Below, one piece after another: positions 46,910 to 56,002 of a stretch of 64,000 nucleotides of DNA. The notes beneath the pieces were generated by a model. That model made no database searches. It had not been told where the DNA came from and saw nothing but the letters and a program-made list of their open reading frames with translations. Both the position numbers and the translations under genes were made by a program. How positions within the stretch are numbered: position 1 is the first letter of the stretch; each line of letters starts with the position of its first letter. The stretch comes from Candidatus Kaiserbacteria bacterium (GTDB lineage: Bacteria; Patescibacteriota; Minisyncoccia; Phycocordibacterales; UBA918): assembly GCA_020428795.1 (NCBI GenBank), contig JAGQME010000003.1:30438-94437 (forward strand), in the 5' to 3' direction.

Positions 46910-48805
46910 TTAGACTATTCTTTCAGGATTGACTTCAACTTTGATAAAAGGAGGTAGGGAACGAAGCTCGTCCATTAATTTTCGATCCGGCCAATTTGAT
47001 TTACTAATTCTTAGTAACCCGTGTCTGATGATTTTGGATTGGTGGGATTGCGGTGAGTTGTAGTAAGAGATTGGTTGGGAGGTAATAGTTGAATCTATCA
47101 TCGCTTCATAACTAGTCACTTGTTCTTGGGTGCCCATGATTGTTAAAAGTATAAAAATACAAAACGGCGGGTAGTTTAAAGCTTCTCTTATTTCTATTTC
47201 ATCGGTGTAGAAGGAATCTATCAAACCTCGTCTGGCTATTTTTAGAATGTCATCTGGTTCACTTCTGGTCTGCACGATACATTCTTTAAGAGTGTGTTCT
47301 TGGAGAGTGTATAGCAAAGAAAGTAATGTTTCATCCGCTCGCCAAGTAGCCAAGGCTCTGGCTGCTTCGTACGAAGTGACGACTGACACATCTATTGATT
47401 TGGGTAGATAGGGGAGCGACATGTGTGTACCAATCATTATGATGCCCTTTGTGCTAGAAAACTGCTTGGCTAGAGCGGTGGCTTTTTTGTGAGTTGTGGC
47501 GGTGGTGCGATCAAAGGTGATCTTGGGTACCTGAGGAAAGATTTTGCTTACTTCGTCTAAGATTTGTTGAATTCCAAAACCCTGTTCTCGTAATCGCCAA
47601 CTGTTGCAGCGAGGACAGACATCAGCGGCTCGGATTTTTTTGCCGGAGGTACTAGAGACGAACCAACGTCTCTCCACGTCACCTTCGACCGTTCTCATGA
47701 GTGAATAGGGGGTACCACTATCCGGACATCTAAATAGATAACCACAGTCATAACACAAGACTGCTGTCGCCAAACCCCGCCTGGCTGCATAAAGGAATAC
47801 CTTGCCTTTTAGGGTTAGGGTCCTTTTGATGGTGTCTATGGTGTCAGGTAACAAAATCTGGAAGTTTTTCTGGGGGACGGTCTCGGTTTCTTTGGCAGCG
47901 ATTATTAGATTTGAGCCAAACTGAATTCTTTGGGTGTGTTCTTCTAGGGTGCTGTATATTTCGTTTCTACGCAGAACCTCATCTTCGGTTGAAATAACCA
48001 TATCGCCTAGAATGACGGAACGTTTAGTGATTTTAGCAAATAATTTTAAGACATCTCGGAAGTCTAGGTAGGGTCTATTTTTTGACTTATAAAAAGTGCT
48101 ACCAGAGTCATCGATAATGATAGTGGAGACATCTTCTCTAGCAATCATGGCAAAGCTGGGGGTTGATACGATTAAAACAGCCTCTTTGGCTTCTTGTAAT
48201 GTCTTGTATGATTTTGCTAGATGACTTTTGCTATAGGTGCTGGCGAAAGTAATAACTCTTTTTTCAATGCCGTTTTCTAGTTCAGCTTTAGCCTTAGAAA
48301 CTTGAGCGGAGGTTGGTACGATAAACAAGACGGAGTTTTTGTGGGCGAAATTTTGTCTGATCTGTTGACGGTAAATAATCATCCTATCTTCTCTTCTGCC
48401 AGTAAAGACGGCCGGAGTAATATCGGTATCAACATCGGCTCTTTCTTTGGTGAGGTTTGGGTAGGGTCGAGCGCCGGCTCTGATGTCTGGCGGTAGAAGG
48501 GTGTATAAAATAGCGCCTAGTTTAGCCGGATAAAATTCAGTTAATTTCTTTGCTGTCTCAATAACTCCGATCGGTATAACAGGGCAGTTTTTTTGTACAT
48601 TCAACTTACGTAAAGAGAAAGTAGCGGCCCTAAGAGCAGTTTTGGCAGCTGACACCGGCTTGATTTCAGTCACTAAAGCCGTCACTTCTTTTTTTCTGAT
48701 TGGAACAAGAATCAGTGATCCGATCTGATATTCCTGACTAGAATAATAAGTCAGAGTTTCCACCTGACTACCTTTTATTAACGGTATAACTGAGACAATA
48801 AACAT
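46910..48805 (-). CDS. priA: Primosomal protein N' (PriA)-like, with degenerate helicase motifs and an intact Cys4 zinc-binding region
   Basis: N-terminal 3'-DNA-binding-domain-like region. A Cys-rich insert CYDCGYLFRCPDSG...CPRCNS. Conserved priA-def-fmt gene order. No canonical GxGKT Walker A visible. Confidence 0.65.
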   Translation of the reverse strand: MFIVSVIPLIKGSQVETLTYYSSQEYQIGSLILVPIRKKEVTALVTEIKPVSAAKTALRAATFSLRKLNVQKNCPVIPIGVIETAKKLTEFYPAKLGAILYTLLPPDIRAGARPYPNLTKERADVDTDITPAVFTGRREDRMIIYRQQIRQNFAHKNSVLFIVPTSAQVSKAKAELENGIEKRVITFASTYSKSHLAKSYKTLQEAKEAVLIVSTPSFAMIAREDVSTIIIDDSGSTFYKSKNRPYLDFRDVLKLFAKITKRSVILGDMVISTEDEVLRRNEIYSTLEEHTQRIQFGSNLIIAAKETETVPQKNFQILLPDTIDTIKRTLTLKGKVFLYAARRGLATAVLCYDCGYLFRCPDSGTPYSLMRTVEGDVERRWFVSSTSGKKIRAADVCPRCNSWRLREQGFGIQQILDEVSKIFPQVPKITFDRTTATTHKKATALAKQFSSTKGIIMIGTHMSLPYLPKSIDVSVVTSYEAARALATWRADETLLSLLYTLQEHTLKECIVQTRSEPDDILKIARRGLIDSFYTDEIEIREALNYPPFCIFILLTIMGTQEQVTSYEAMIDSTITSQPISYYNSPQSHQSKIIRHGLLRISKSNWPDRKLMDELRSLPPFIKVEVNPERIV

Positions 48806-48841
48806 GACAGCTTAGTATAACAAAATCTAAAAAAATCAAGA

Positions 48842-48873
48842 AAAAGGCGTTTTCTTTAGAAAACGCCTTTTTC
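48842..48873 (-). terminator. Terminator hairpin downstream of murA on the minus strand
   Basis: aaaaaggcgttttct-tta-gaaaacgccttttt. Confidence 0.65.
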
Positions 48874-48894
48874 ACTTTTTGTGATATCTGAAAT

Positions 48895-50397
48895 CTAGAA
48901 TTCTTCTAAATAGCTAACCTTGGCTCCCAAACTATTAAGTCTCTCGACCAATTTTTCATAACCACGATTGATGCTATAGATGTTGCGCAAAACACTTTGA
49001 CCCTTGGCCCCTAGCATGCCAATCAATAAGATGGTGGCTGGTCTAAGGGCTGGTGGACAGATGAGCTCGGCCGGTTTTAGGGTGGTTGGTCCATTTATAT
49101 AAATGCGGTGTGGATCAGCCAGTACGGTGTCAGCTCCTAATTTATCTAGCTCAGTAAAGTAGATAGCACGTTTTTCGTAGACCCAGTCGTGTATTAGGGT
49201 TTGACCAACCGCTTGGGTAGCGATAACGGCGAAGAAGGGAAGGTTGTCTATGTTTAGACCCGGATAAGGTCTGGCGTATACTTTTTCGTGCAAAGATACC
49301 AACTTCGAAGGTTTGGTGGTTATGTCTACCAAACGAGTTAAGCCATTATGGCTTAGGTAAGGCTTTGATTTGGTGTACTTGAAGCCCATCTTTTCTAACT
49401 TTAGTAATTCCAGTTCTAGAAAATCTATTGGACAGCGAGTGATTTTAATACTCGATTTTGTCACGATAGCGGCCGATAGGAAAAACATTGTATCGGTAGG
49501 ATCTTCGCTTAGGGTGTATTCGATTGGTGAATTTATCTTAGTCACGCCGGTTACTCTCAAGGTGGTGGTTCCAACTCCTTCAATCTTTACACCGCAAGTT
49601 TTTAGAAAAGCACAAATTTCTTGCACCATGTAGTTGGCTGAAGCATATTTGATAACAGTAGTGGTCGGAGTTAAAGCGGCTGCAAATAGAGCGTTTTCAG
49701 TAACGGTGTCACCTGATTCGTAGAGAATTATCTCCTTTGGTTCAGCTGGTTTAACTTTTACCTCAAAGTGTTCATTGGTGGTTTTTATATTGACACCATA
49801 ATGTTCTAGGGCGTAAAGGTGAGGTTGGACGGTCCGGCTTCCGAGTTTGCAACCACCGGACTGAGGTAGGGAGAAGGCTTTTAGTTTGTGGATTAAAGGG
49901 CCGATAAACATGACAATGCTACGGGTACGTTTGGCCGATTCCACATCTATTTTGTCCAAGTTTAATTTTTGGGGTGGGGTGATATAAAGGTCACTGTCTT
50001 TCCATTCAACTTTAACCCCAATACTTTCCAAAACTTCAATAATACGATGTACTTCTTCGATACGGGGTATGTTCCTTAGCTTCGTGGTACCGCTGTTTAA
50101 TAGGGAGGCGCATAGCAGGCCAACCGCACCGTTTTTTGAGGTGTTGGTTTCTATAGTGCCGGTTAACTTCAGGCCGCCATCAATAGATATATTTACCGAG
50201 CCAGGTTGGGCTGAAACAATGTTTCGTTTCAAAGCAACACTGATTTTTCTTAATAAATCGGTCGATACATTTTGTTTACCGGATTCAATTCTAGCCACAG
50301 CGCTTTGGGTGGTAGAAATCTTTGCGGCTAAATCTTTCTGAGTTAGTCCAGTAGCTTCTCTTAAGTGGGCAATTCTTACTCCAATATTTTCATTCAT
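48895..50397 (-). CDS. murA: UDP-N-acetylglucosamine 1-carboxyvinyltransferase (MurA; EPT fold) with an N-terminal XRE-type HTH domain fusion
   Basis: N-terminal HTH GLTQKDLAAKISTTQSAVARIESG. This is followed by EPT-family blocks (TNTSKNGAVGLLCASLL, two-domain inside-out alpha/beta repeats) through the C-terminus. Start taken at MNENIG. Confidence 0.75.
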   Translation of the reverse strand: MNENIGVRIAHLREATGLTQKDLAAKISTTQSAVARIESGKQNVSTDLLRKISVALKRNIVSAQPGSVNISIDGGLKLTGTIETNTSKNGAVGLLCASLLNSGTTKLRNIPRIEEVHRIIEVLESIGVKVEWKDSDLYITPPQKLNLDKIDVESAKRTRSIVMFIGPLIHKLKAFSLPQSGGCKLGSRTVQPHLYALEHYGVNIKTTNEHFEVKVKPAEPKEIILYESGDTVTENALFAAALTPTTTVIKYASANYMVQEICAFLKTCGVKIEGVGTTTLRVTGVTKINSPIEYTLSEDPTDTMFFLSAAIVTKSSIKITRCPIDFLELELLKLEKMGFKYTKSKPYLSHNGLTRLVDITTKPSKLVSLHEKVYARPYPGLNIDNLPFFAVIATQAVGQTLIHDWVYEKRAIYFTELDKLGADTVLADPHRIYINGPTTLKPAELICPPALRPATILLIGMLGAKGQSVLRNIYSINRGYEKLVERLNSLGAKVSYLEEF

Positions 50398-50507
50398 ACG
50401 ACATGAGTATAGCATATTTGCTATACTATAATAATAATTTTTGGGGAAAGTTGATTTGTCATATATAAGACTTGGCATTTTCTTAAAAACAGCTACTATA
50501 CATATTC

Positions 50508-51521
50508 ATGCTTAATCGTTTTTCACCAAAAATTGGAATAGATTTGGGGACGACTACAGTCTTGGTGTATGTACCGGGTCAAGGAATCGTTTTAAACGAA
50601 CCATCGGTGGTCGCCGTTTCAGATAATAATCAAGTCTTGGCGGTTGGGGCAGAGGCTAAATTAATGATTGGTCGTACTCCGGAAAACATCAGAGCCTATC
50701 GGCCGATGAAAGACGGTGTAATTGCTGATTATCGAGTGACCGAAGCCATGCTTAGATATTTCTTTAGAAAATCGCTAGGGAAATATCATGTGTTCCGGCC
50801 GGAGGTGATGATTTCTGTTCCGGCCGGAGTGACCTCTACTGAAAAAAGAGCGGTGGTCGAAGCGGCTGCCAACGCTGGGGCAAAAAATGCCTATGTTGTG
50901 AAAGAACCCATTTTAGCAGCCATTGGGGCTGGTCTGCCTATCTATGAACCACGGGGTCATATGATCGTTGATATTGGTGGTGGAACTATTGATGTGGCTG
51001 TAATTGCTCTTGGCGGTATCGTGGCGGCCAACTCGGTGAAATGCGCCGGTAACAGGATTGATACGGCCATCATTGATTATGTGAAGAAGAGTAAGAATTT
51101 GTCTATTGGAGATAAGACCGCCGAGGAGGTTAAAATTAAAATCGGTTCAGCCTTACCACTTGAAGAAGAATTAACAATGAGCATAAAAGGTCGTGATGTG
51201 GTCACTGGTCTACCAAGAACGACTGAAATGAAGACCAATGAAATAGTTAGAGCCATTAGTCGTGAATTAAGGGAGATGGTGTCAGCGATTAAAGAGGTCT
51301 TCCAAAATACACCACCGGAACTAGCTTCAGATATTATTGATCACGGCATAATTATGACGGGCGGGACTTCACAATTGAGAAATTTTCCGGAACTGATTAG
51401 ACGACGGACCGGAGTCAAGGCGATTTTGGCGGATCAAGCTTTGTTTTGTGTGGTTAAAGGAACTGGTATGGCTTTGGAGCATTTAAATACCTACAAACGA
51501 TCGATTTTAACCAAAAGATAA
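50508..51521 (+). CDS. mreB: Rod-shape-determining actin homolog MreB
   Basis: IGIDLGTTTVLVYV phosphate-1 motif, DIGGGT phosphate-2 motif, adenosine motif MTGGTS. Confidence 0.9.
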   Translation: MLNRFSPKIGIDLGTTTVLVYVPGQGIVLNEPSVVAVSDNNQVLAVGAEAKLMIGRTPENIRAYRPMKDGVIADYRVTEAMLRYFFRKSLGKYHVFRPEVMISVPAGVTSTEKRAVVEAAANAGAKNAYVVKEPILAAIGAGLPIYEPRGHMIVDIGGGTIDVAVIALGGIVAANSVKCAGNRIDTAIIDYVKKSKNLSIGDKTAEEVKIKIGSALPLEEELTMSIKGRDVVTGLPRTTEMKTNEIVRAISRELREMVSAIKEVFQNTPPELASDIIDHGIIMTGGTSQLRNFPELIRRRTGVKAILADQALFCVVKGTGMALEHLNTYKRSILTKR

Positions 51522-51588
51522 TTTAAGTAGGGATTTGTTTTCCACTTAAGTAGCCGAAATATATTAAAAAATTACCTATAATAAGGTA

Positions 51589-54363
51589 ATGAACGAATAC
51601 GCTCCGCAAAAATTCGCCTCACCAGAGGAGGAGATTACTTTTTTACGTAACCAGATCGCATCCAAAGAGCGAGAGCTACTGGAGCGTAGTCCTGAAGCTG
51701 ACCGAACTGATCTAGAGTCGATAGCTAAACATGAGCTACTTGAATACGGTACTTTCACTCCAAATTCTGTATTAGATAAGGCTCATCAATTACCTGACAA
51801 AGAGGTGACAGAGTCAGTCATAAAGGTCGAAACCACCCTAGAACCAATCGAAGAAATCATACAGATCGCCAAAGAAAAAGGCATTCATAACGCCTTAACA
51901 GTTTTAGAAAAAACCAAGAATGCTTTCACTACCGATGAAGTACATCGTCGGTTAATCGAGTTGATAAAATCTGACGTTGCTATCCAGAATTTAAAAGAAG
52001 GTGTACCACCGTGGCAGATACTTCATATGACTTTATTTGAGGTTTCCTTGCCAGAAATCTCTGAACATCACGGCCAAGCGTATCAGTTGAGCGAGATTAT
52101 TAGCATGATGGAGCAGTTCTTTTCGGGTATGCAAAACGTCGGTCAATATGAAAAGAATCTGCATTATGTAATCGAAATAGCTGTCGCTGATAAAAGTGAC
52201 GAGATTGTTTTTTATGTAGCGGTACCGACCAACTACGTAGATTTGTTCCAAAAACAGATTTTGTCACTATATCCACACGCTGAATTAACCGAACAGGTCC
52301 ACGACTACAATATCTTTGTGGAGGGGGGAGAGTCGATAGTGGCTAGAGCTGAATTAAAGAAACATCATGTGTATCCGATTGCTCAAAAGGAGTCGTTTGA
52401 GTCTGATCCTTTGTCAGTTATATTAAATGCTTTTTCGAAGATTGAGAGGGAGGGCGGCGGAGCCGCCCTCCAATTTGTGATCAAAAGAGCACCTCAAAAA
52501 TACACTTCAGTCTACGAAGGCATAATCAAAAGAGTTCGAGACGGAGTAAAACCAAGCGAGGCAATTGCTAGAAGCTCGCTTCGTGGTGAAATATTTTCAA
52601 GTTTTAAGGAGATCGCTTTTTCCGGTACCAAAAAGAAAGACTACAGTGCTTTGCCGACTCATGACCACGTTGATCAAGATGCTCTGGAGTTATTTAACGA
52701 AAAACTAAAGTTTCCGGTGGCTGATGTAAATATAAGGATTGCTGTATCCAGTCGAAGTGAAGCTCGGTCTAAGCAAATACTCTCTGAAGTGGAGTCAGCT
52801 TTTAATCAGTTTGAGAGAACGCAGGGTAATCGTTTTGTTTTTAAAACTCTAAAAGGCTCCGCTTTAACTCAAGCCATCAAAGCTTTTTCTTTTCGAGAAT
52901 TTGTGGCTTCAACCACTTTACCGTTAACTTTTCGAGAATTAGCCACTGTCATTCATTTTCCAGGGGCTGGTATAAACACCTCGCCACAGTTTAAACAATC
53001 AAGAGCCAAAACCGCCGCCGCTCCGGTTGATATGCCTAGTTCCGGCACCTTACTTGGTATAAATTCTCATCGAAGTATTCAGAAAGAGATTTATATCACC
53101 GAAGAGGATCGTATGCGACACTTTTATGTGATTGGACAGACCGGTACCGGTAAGACGACTCTAATGAAAAATATGTTGGTTCAGGATATTCAGGCTGGAC
53201 ATGGTGTTTGCTTTATCGATCCACACGGTACCGATATTGAGGACGTCCTCTCAGCGGTTCCGCGTGAGCGAGAGCAAGACATTATTTATTTTGATCCGTC
53301 TCGTACTGACCAAGTGGTAGGTCTAAACATGCTGGAGTACGACATCAATAAACCCGAACAAAAAACCTTTGTAGTAAATGAGCTATTTTCAATTTTCCAA
53401 AAACTGTACGGTGCCAATCCAGAAAGCATGGGTCCGATGTTTGAACAGTATTTCCGAAATGCCACTTTGTTGGTGATGGAGGACCCTGAGAGTGGTAATA
53501 CTTTGATGGATATTAGTCGAGTGATGGCCGACGCTAAGTATCGTCGTATGAAACTAGAAAAAGCGACCAATCCAGTCGTTACTCAATTCTGGCGAGAGAT
53601 TGCTACCAAAGCCGGTGGGGAAGCTTCGCTTGAAAATATCGTGCCTTACATCGTTTCAAAATTCGATGTATTTACCGCCAACGATTATATGCGACCAATT
53701 ATCGGCCAACAGAAATCGGCTTTTAATTTCCGTCATATTATGGATGAGAAGAAGATATTGTTGGTAAATCTATCCAAAGGTCGCCTCGGTGAGATTAATG
53801 CCAATCTGATCGGTATGATTATTGTCGGGAAGATACTGATGGCCGCTCTTTCAAGAGTGGATGATCCAACCAAGGGCTTTCCGCCATTTTTCTTGCATAT
53901 GGATGAGTTTCAAAATGTCTCTACCGATTCTATTTCCGCTATTCTTTCAGAAGCTCGTAAGTATAAACTTGGTCTAACCATCGCTCATCAGTTTATCGCT
54001 CAGTTGGATGAAAAGATTAAAGATGCGGTGTTTGGTAACGTGGGTTCTATGGTGGCTTTTAGAGTGGGTCCGGAAGATTCACAATTTCTAGAACAACAGT
54101 TTTCTCCAACTTTCACCGCCAACGACTTAATGAACATCCCTAATCGAAATGCCTATGTTAGAGCGCTGGCCAATGGTTCACCAACTAAACCGTTTAGTAT
54201 GTCAACCATCGCCCCAATGGAAACCGACTTGAATCGAGTTCAGTCACTTATTTTGGCTAGCAATCAAAGAAATGGTCGGCCAAGGGAAGAAGTTGAAGCC
54301 GAGATTTCTGCCCGTTATCAAAAACCAACCCTACCAGAATCTAATCCGTTTGCTAAGATATAG
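51589..54363 (+). CDS. Large FtsK/HerA/VirB4-clade P-loop ATPase (AAA_10/TraC-like C-terminal half; N-terminal ~500 aa of unknown function)
   Basis: Walker A IGQTGTGKTTLMKNM, followed ~25 aa later by CFIDPHGTD. Walker B FFLHMDEFQN. Sensor region ARKYKLGLTIAHQFIAQ. No TM helix. Confidence 0.65.
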   Translation: MNEYAPQKFASPEEEITFLRNQIASKERELLERSPEADRTDLESIAKHELLEYGTFTPNSVLDKAHQLPDKEVTESVIKVETTLEPIEEIIQIAKEKGIHNALTVLEKTKNAFTTDEVHRRLIELIKSDVAIQNLKEGVPPWQILHMTLFEVSLPEISEHHGQAYQLSEIISMMEQFFSGMQNVGQYEKNLHYVIEIAVADKSDEIVFYVAVPTNYVDLFQKQILSLYPHAELTEQVHDYNIFVEGGESIVARAELKKHHVYPIAQKESFESDPLSVILNAFSKIEREGGGAALQFVIKRAPQKYTSVYEGIIKRVRDGVKPSEAIARSSLRGEIFSSFKEIAFSGTKKKDYSALPTHDHVDQDALELFNEKLKFPVADVNIRIAVSSRSEARSKQILSEVESAFNQFERTQGNRFVFKTLKGSALTQAIKAFSFREFVASTTLPLTFRELATVIHFPGAGINTSPQFKQSRAKTAAAPVDMPSSGTLLGINSHRSIQKEIYITEEDRMRHFYVIGQTGTGKTTLMKNMLVQDIQAGHGVCFIDPHGTDIEDVLSAVPREREQDIIYFDPSRTDQVVGLNMLEYDINKPEQKTFVVNELFSIFQKLYGANPESMGPMFEQYFRNATLLVMEDPESGNTLMDISRVMADAKYRRMKLEKATNPVVTQFWREIATKAGGEASLENIVPYIVSKFDVFTANDYMRPIIGQQKSAFNFRHIMDEKKILLVNLSKGRLGEINANLIGMIIVGKILMAALSRVDDPTKGFPPFFLHMDEFQNVSTDSISAILSEARKYKLGLTIAHQFIAQLDEKIKDAVFGNVGSMVAFRVGPEDSQFLEQQFSPTFTANDLMNIPNRNAYVRALANGSPTKPFSMSTIAPMETDLNRVQSLILASNQRNGRPREEVEAEISARYQKPTLPESNPFAKI

Positions 54364-54367
54364 TAGT

Positions 54368-56002
54368 ATGAGTACCGAAAATATCAAAACAAGCTTAGGT
54401 AATAATGAAGAGAATAATGAGTCTTTTGTTGATCCATCTGTGATTGATTTTAAAAGACGATTGGAGAGTTTTTCTATTGATTTAGATTTGTCTAAATTTG
54501 GGCATATTGATAGTGATGAACATGGTGAAGCTGGGGAAATCTCACTGGGGGCAAGAGAAGTTATTGATGATAATGTCAATGAATTAAATATTCAATTATC
54601 AAGTCAGAGATCAAAACTGTTCAATAAGAGTGAGTCTCCCTATTTTTCTGAATCTAGCGAACGACCACTTAAAATGAGCGAGGTGAATAATCTTTTTTTC
54701 AAGACTTTGGAGAGTGAAGGTTATCCGGTGCCAGTTGTCCATAAGATAATGGATATTCATGTTTATCCTTCAGCATCGCAAGTCTATGATGAAGGTTCAA
54801 ATCAAAAGAAAATCAATGAAGAAAAAAGACAATTGAAAGAAGACAAAGTCGTCGATACAGAAAATCCTTTTGCTACTTTAGTTGCTCAAGATGTAAGTTC
54901 TTCAGAAGAGGAGGTTAATTATTATCACACGGCATTGATTAGACATTTTCAACTATTACATAATATTCTGAATCACCCTGAAGAATTTGGTTTAAACAAG
55001 GAAGAGTTGCCTGACAAATTGCATGAAGTTAAATTAACCACAGAAGAATTTAAACAAAGATTAAATGATTCTGATTTACCCATCCATGAAATATTTATAG
55101 TGAACGGAGTAGAGGTAAGAACTGCTGTTAAAAGTCAGATTGTTAAAAAATTAATTTCTGAAAAATTCAATACCGAATTCCCACACCAAACTGATGTACA
55201 AAAAGAAAAAACTGAAGAATTAAAATTATCTTTTTTAAGAAATATTCCATTCACTATAATTCATGATATGTATGAATTAGAAAAGAAAAAAGATTCGGTT
55301 AGGTATTCACCTAAAAATAAAGAAGTTCTTGCTGTACTCAATGCAAAGTTAGTTACTTTGCTTGAGGATTTTTTAGATGAAGGTGATGAAGGTTCTGGTA
55401 GAAAATCAGGTTTTGTTAGGTATGGAAATTTATTAATCAACGGCCTTGATGATGAAAATAATGTTTATGATTGGCCGTCACTGACTTTGCGTCTACCATT
55501 AGCGGTTAAGTATGCAGTTAATACCGAGAGAAATCCAGCCAGAAGATCTGAGCTGAAGGATAATTTTTATCATGAGCTGGTTACTAAAAGATATAATCCT
55601 GAAAAGTCTGAATTACTAAAAGCTACGTATTTAGGTAACGCAAGTGATTCTCTGGAACTAATTCATACCGATGAGGCTGGAGACAAGCCTGTTAAATTGA
55701 TTATTGCTGAAGTCAGGTATTTACTAGAAGAGGTGGGTTATAATGAAGAAGATCAAATTAAAGCTTTAGGAAATATAGGAGTTTCTTATTTTGATGAACT
55801 CAATTACTTAAGAAATAGTTTGAATGAAATTAAAGGCAAGCCAGATACAAGCAATAATGAAATAAAAGCTATTAAAGTTAGGATTAGAAATGAAACCAAA
55901 TCCTTCGTTGTTGCTGTTAGAAATAGACTCAACGATCCATCGGGTACTCTTAAAATTCTAGATGCCGGAATAAAACCCCAAGAACTTGAAAAATATGAAT
56001 GA
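54368..56002 (+). CDS. Hypothetical acidic protein (about 545 aa), second gene of the ATPase-led operon
   Basis: Starts 4 nt after the ATPase stop (MSTENIKTS). No recognisable domain. Confidence 0.4.
   Translation: MSTENIKTSLGNNEENNESFVDPSVIDFKRRLESFSIDLDLSKFGHIDSDEHGEAGEISLGAREVIDDNVNELNIQLSSQRSKLFNKSESPYFSESSERPLKMSEVNNLFFKTLESEGYPVPVVHKIMDIHVYPSASQVYDEGSNQKKINEEKRQLKEDKVVDTENPFATLVAQDVSSSEEEVNYYHTALIRHFQLLHNILNHPEEFGLNKEELPDKLHEVKLTTEEFKQRLNDSDLPIHEIFIVNGVEVRTAVKSQIVKKLISEKFNTEFPHQTDVQKEKTEELKLSFLRNIPFTIIHDMYELEKKKDSVRYSPKNKEVLAVLNAKLVTLLEDFLDEGDEGSGRKSGFVRYGNLLINGLDDENNVYDWPSLTLRLPLAVKYAVNTERNPARRSELKDNFYHELVTKRYNPEKSELLKATYLGNASDSLELIHTDEAGDKPVKLIIAEVRYLLEEVGYNEEDQIKALGNIGVSYFDELNYLRNSLNEIKGKPDTSNNEIKAIKVRIRNETKSFVVAVRNRLNDPSGTLKILDAGIKPQELEKYE

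Noticed and set aside
51576-51758. 60-aa minus-strand ORF at the start of the large ATPase gene
   Set aside because: It overlaps the 5' end of a 2.8-kb sense ORF and is low complexity (S/R-rich).
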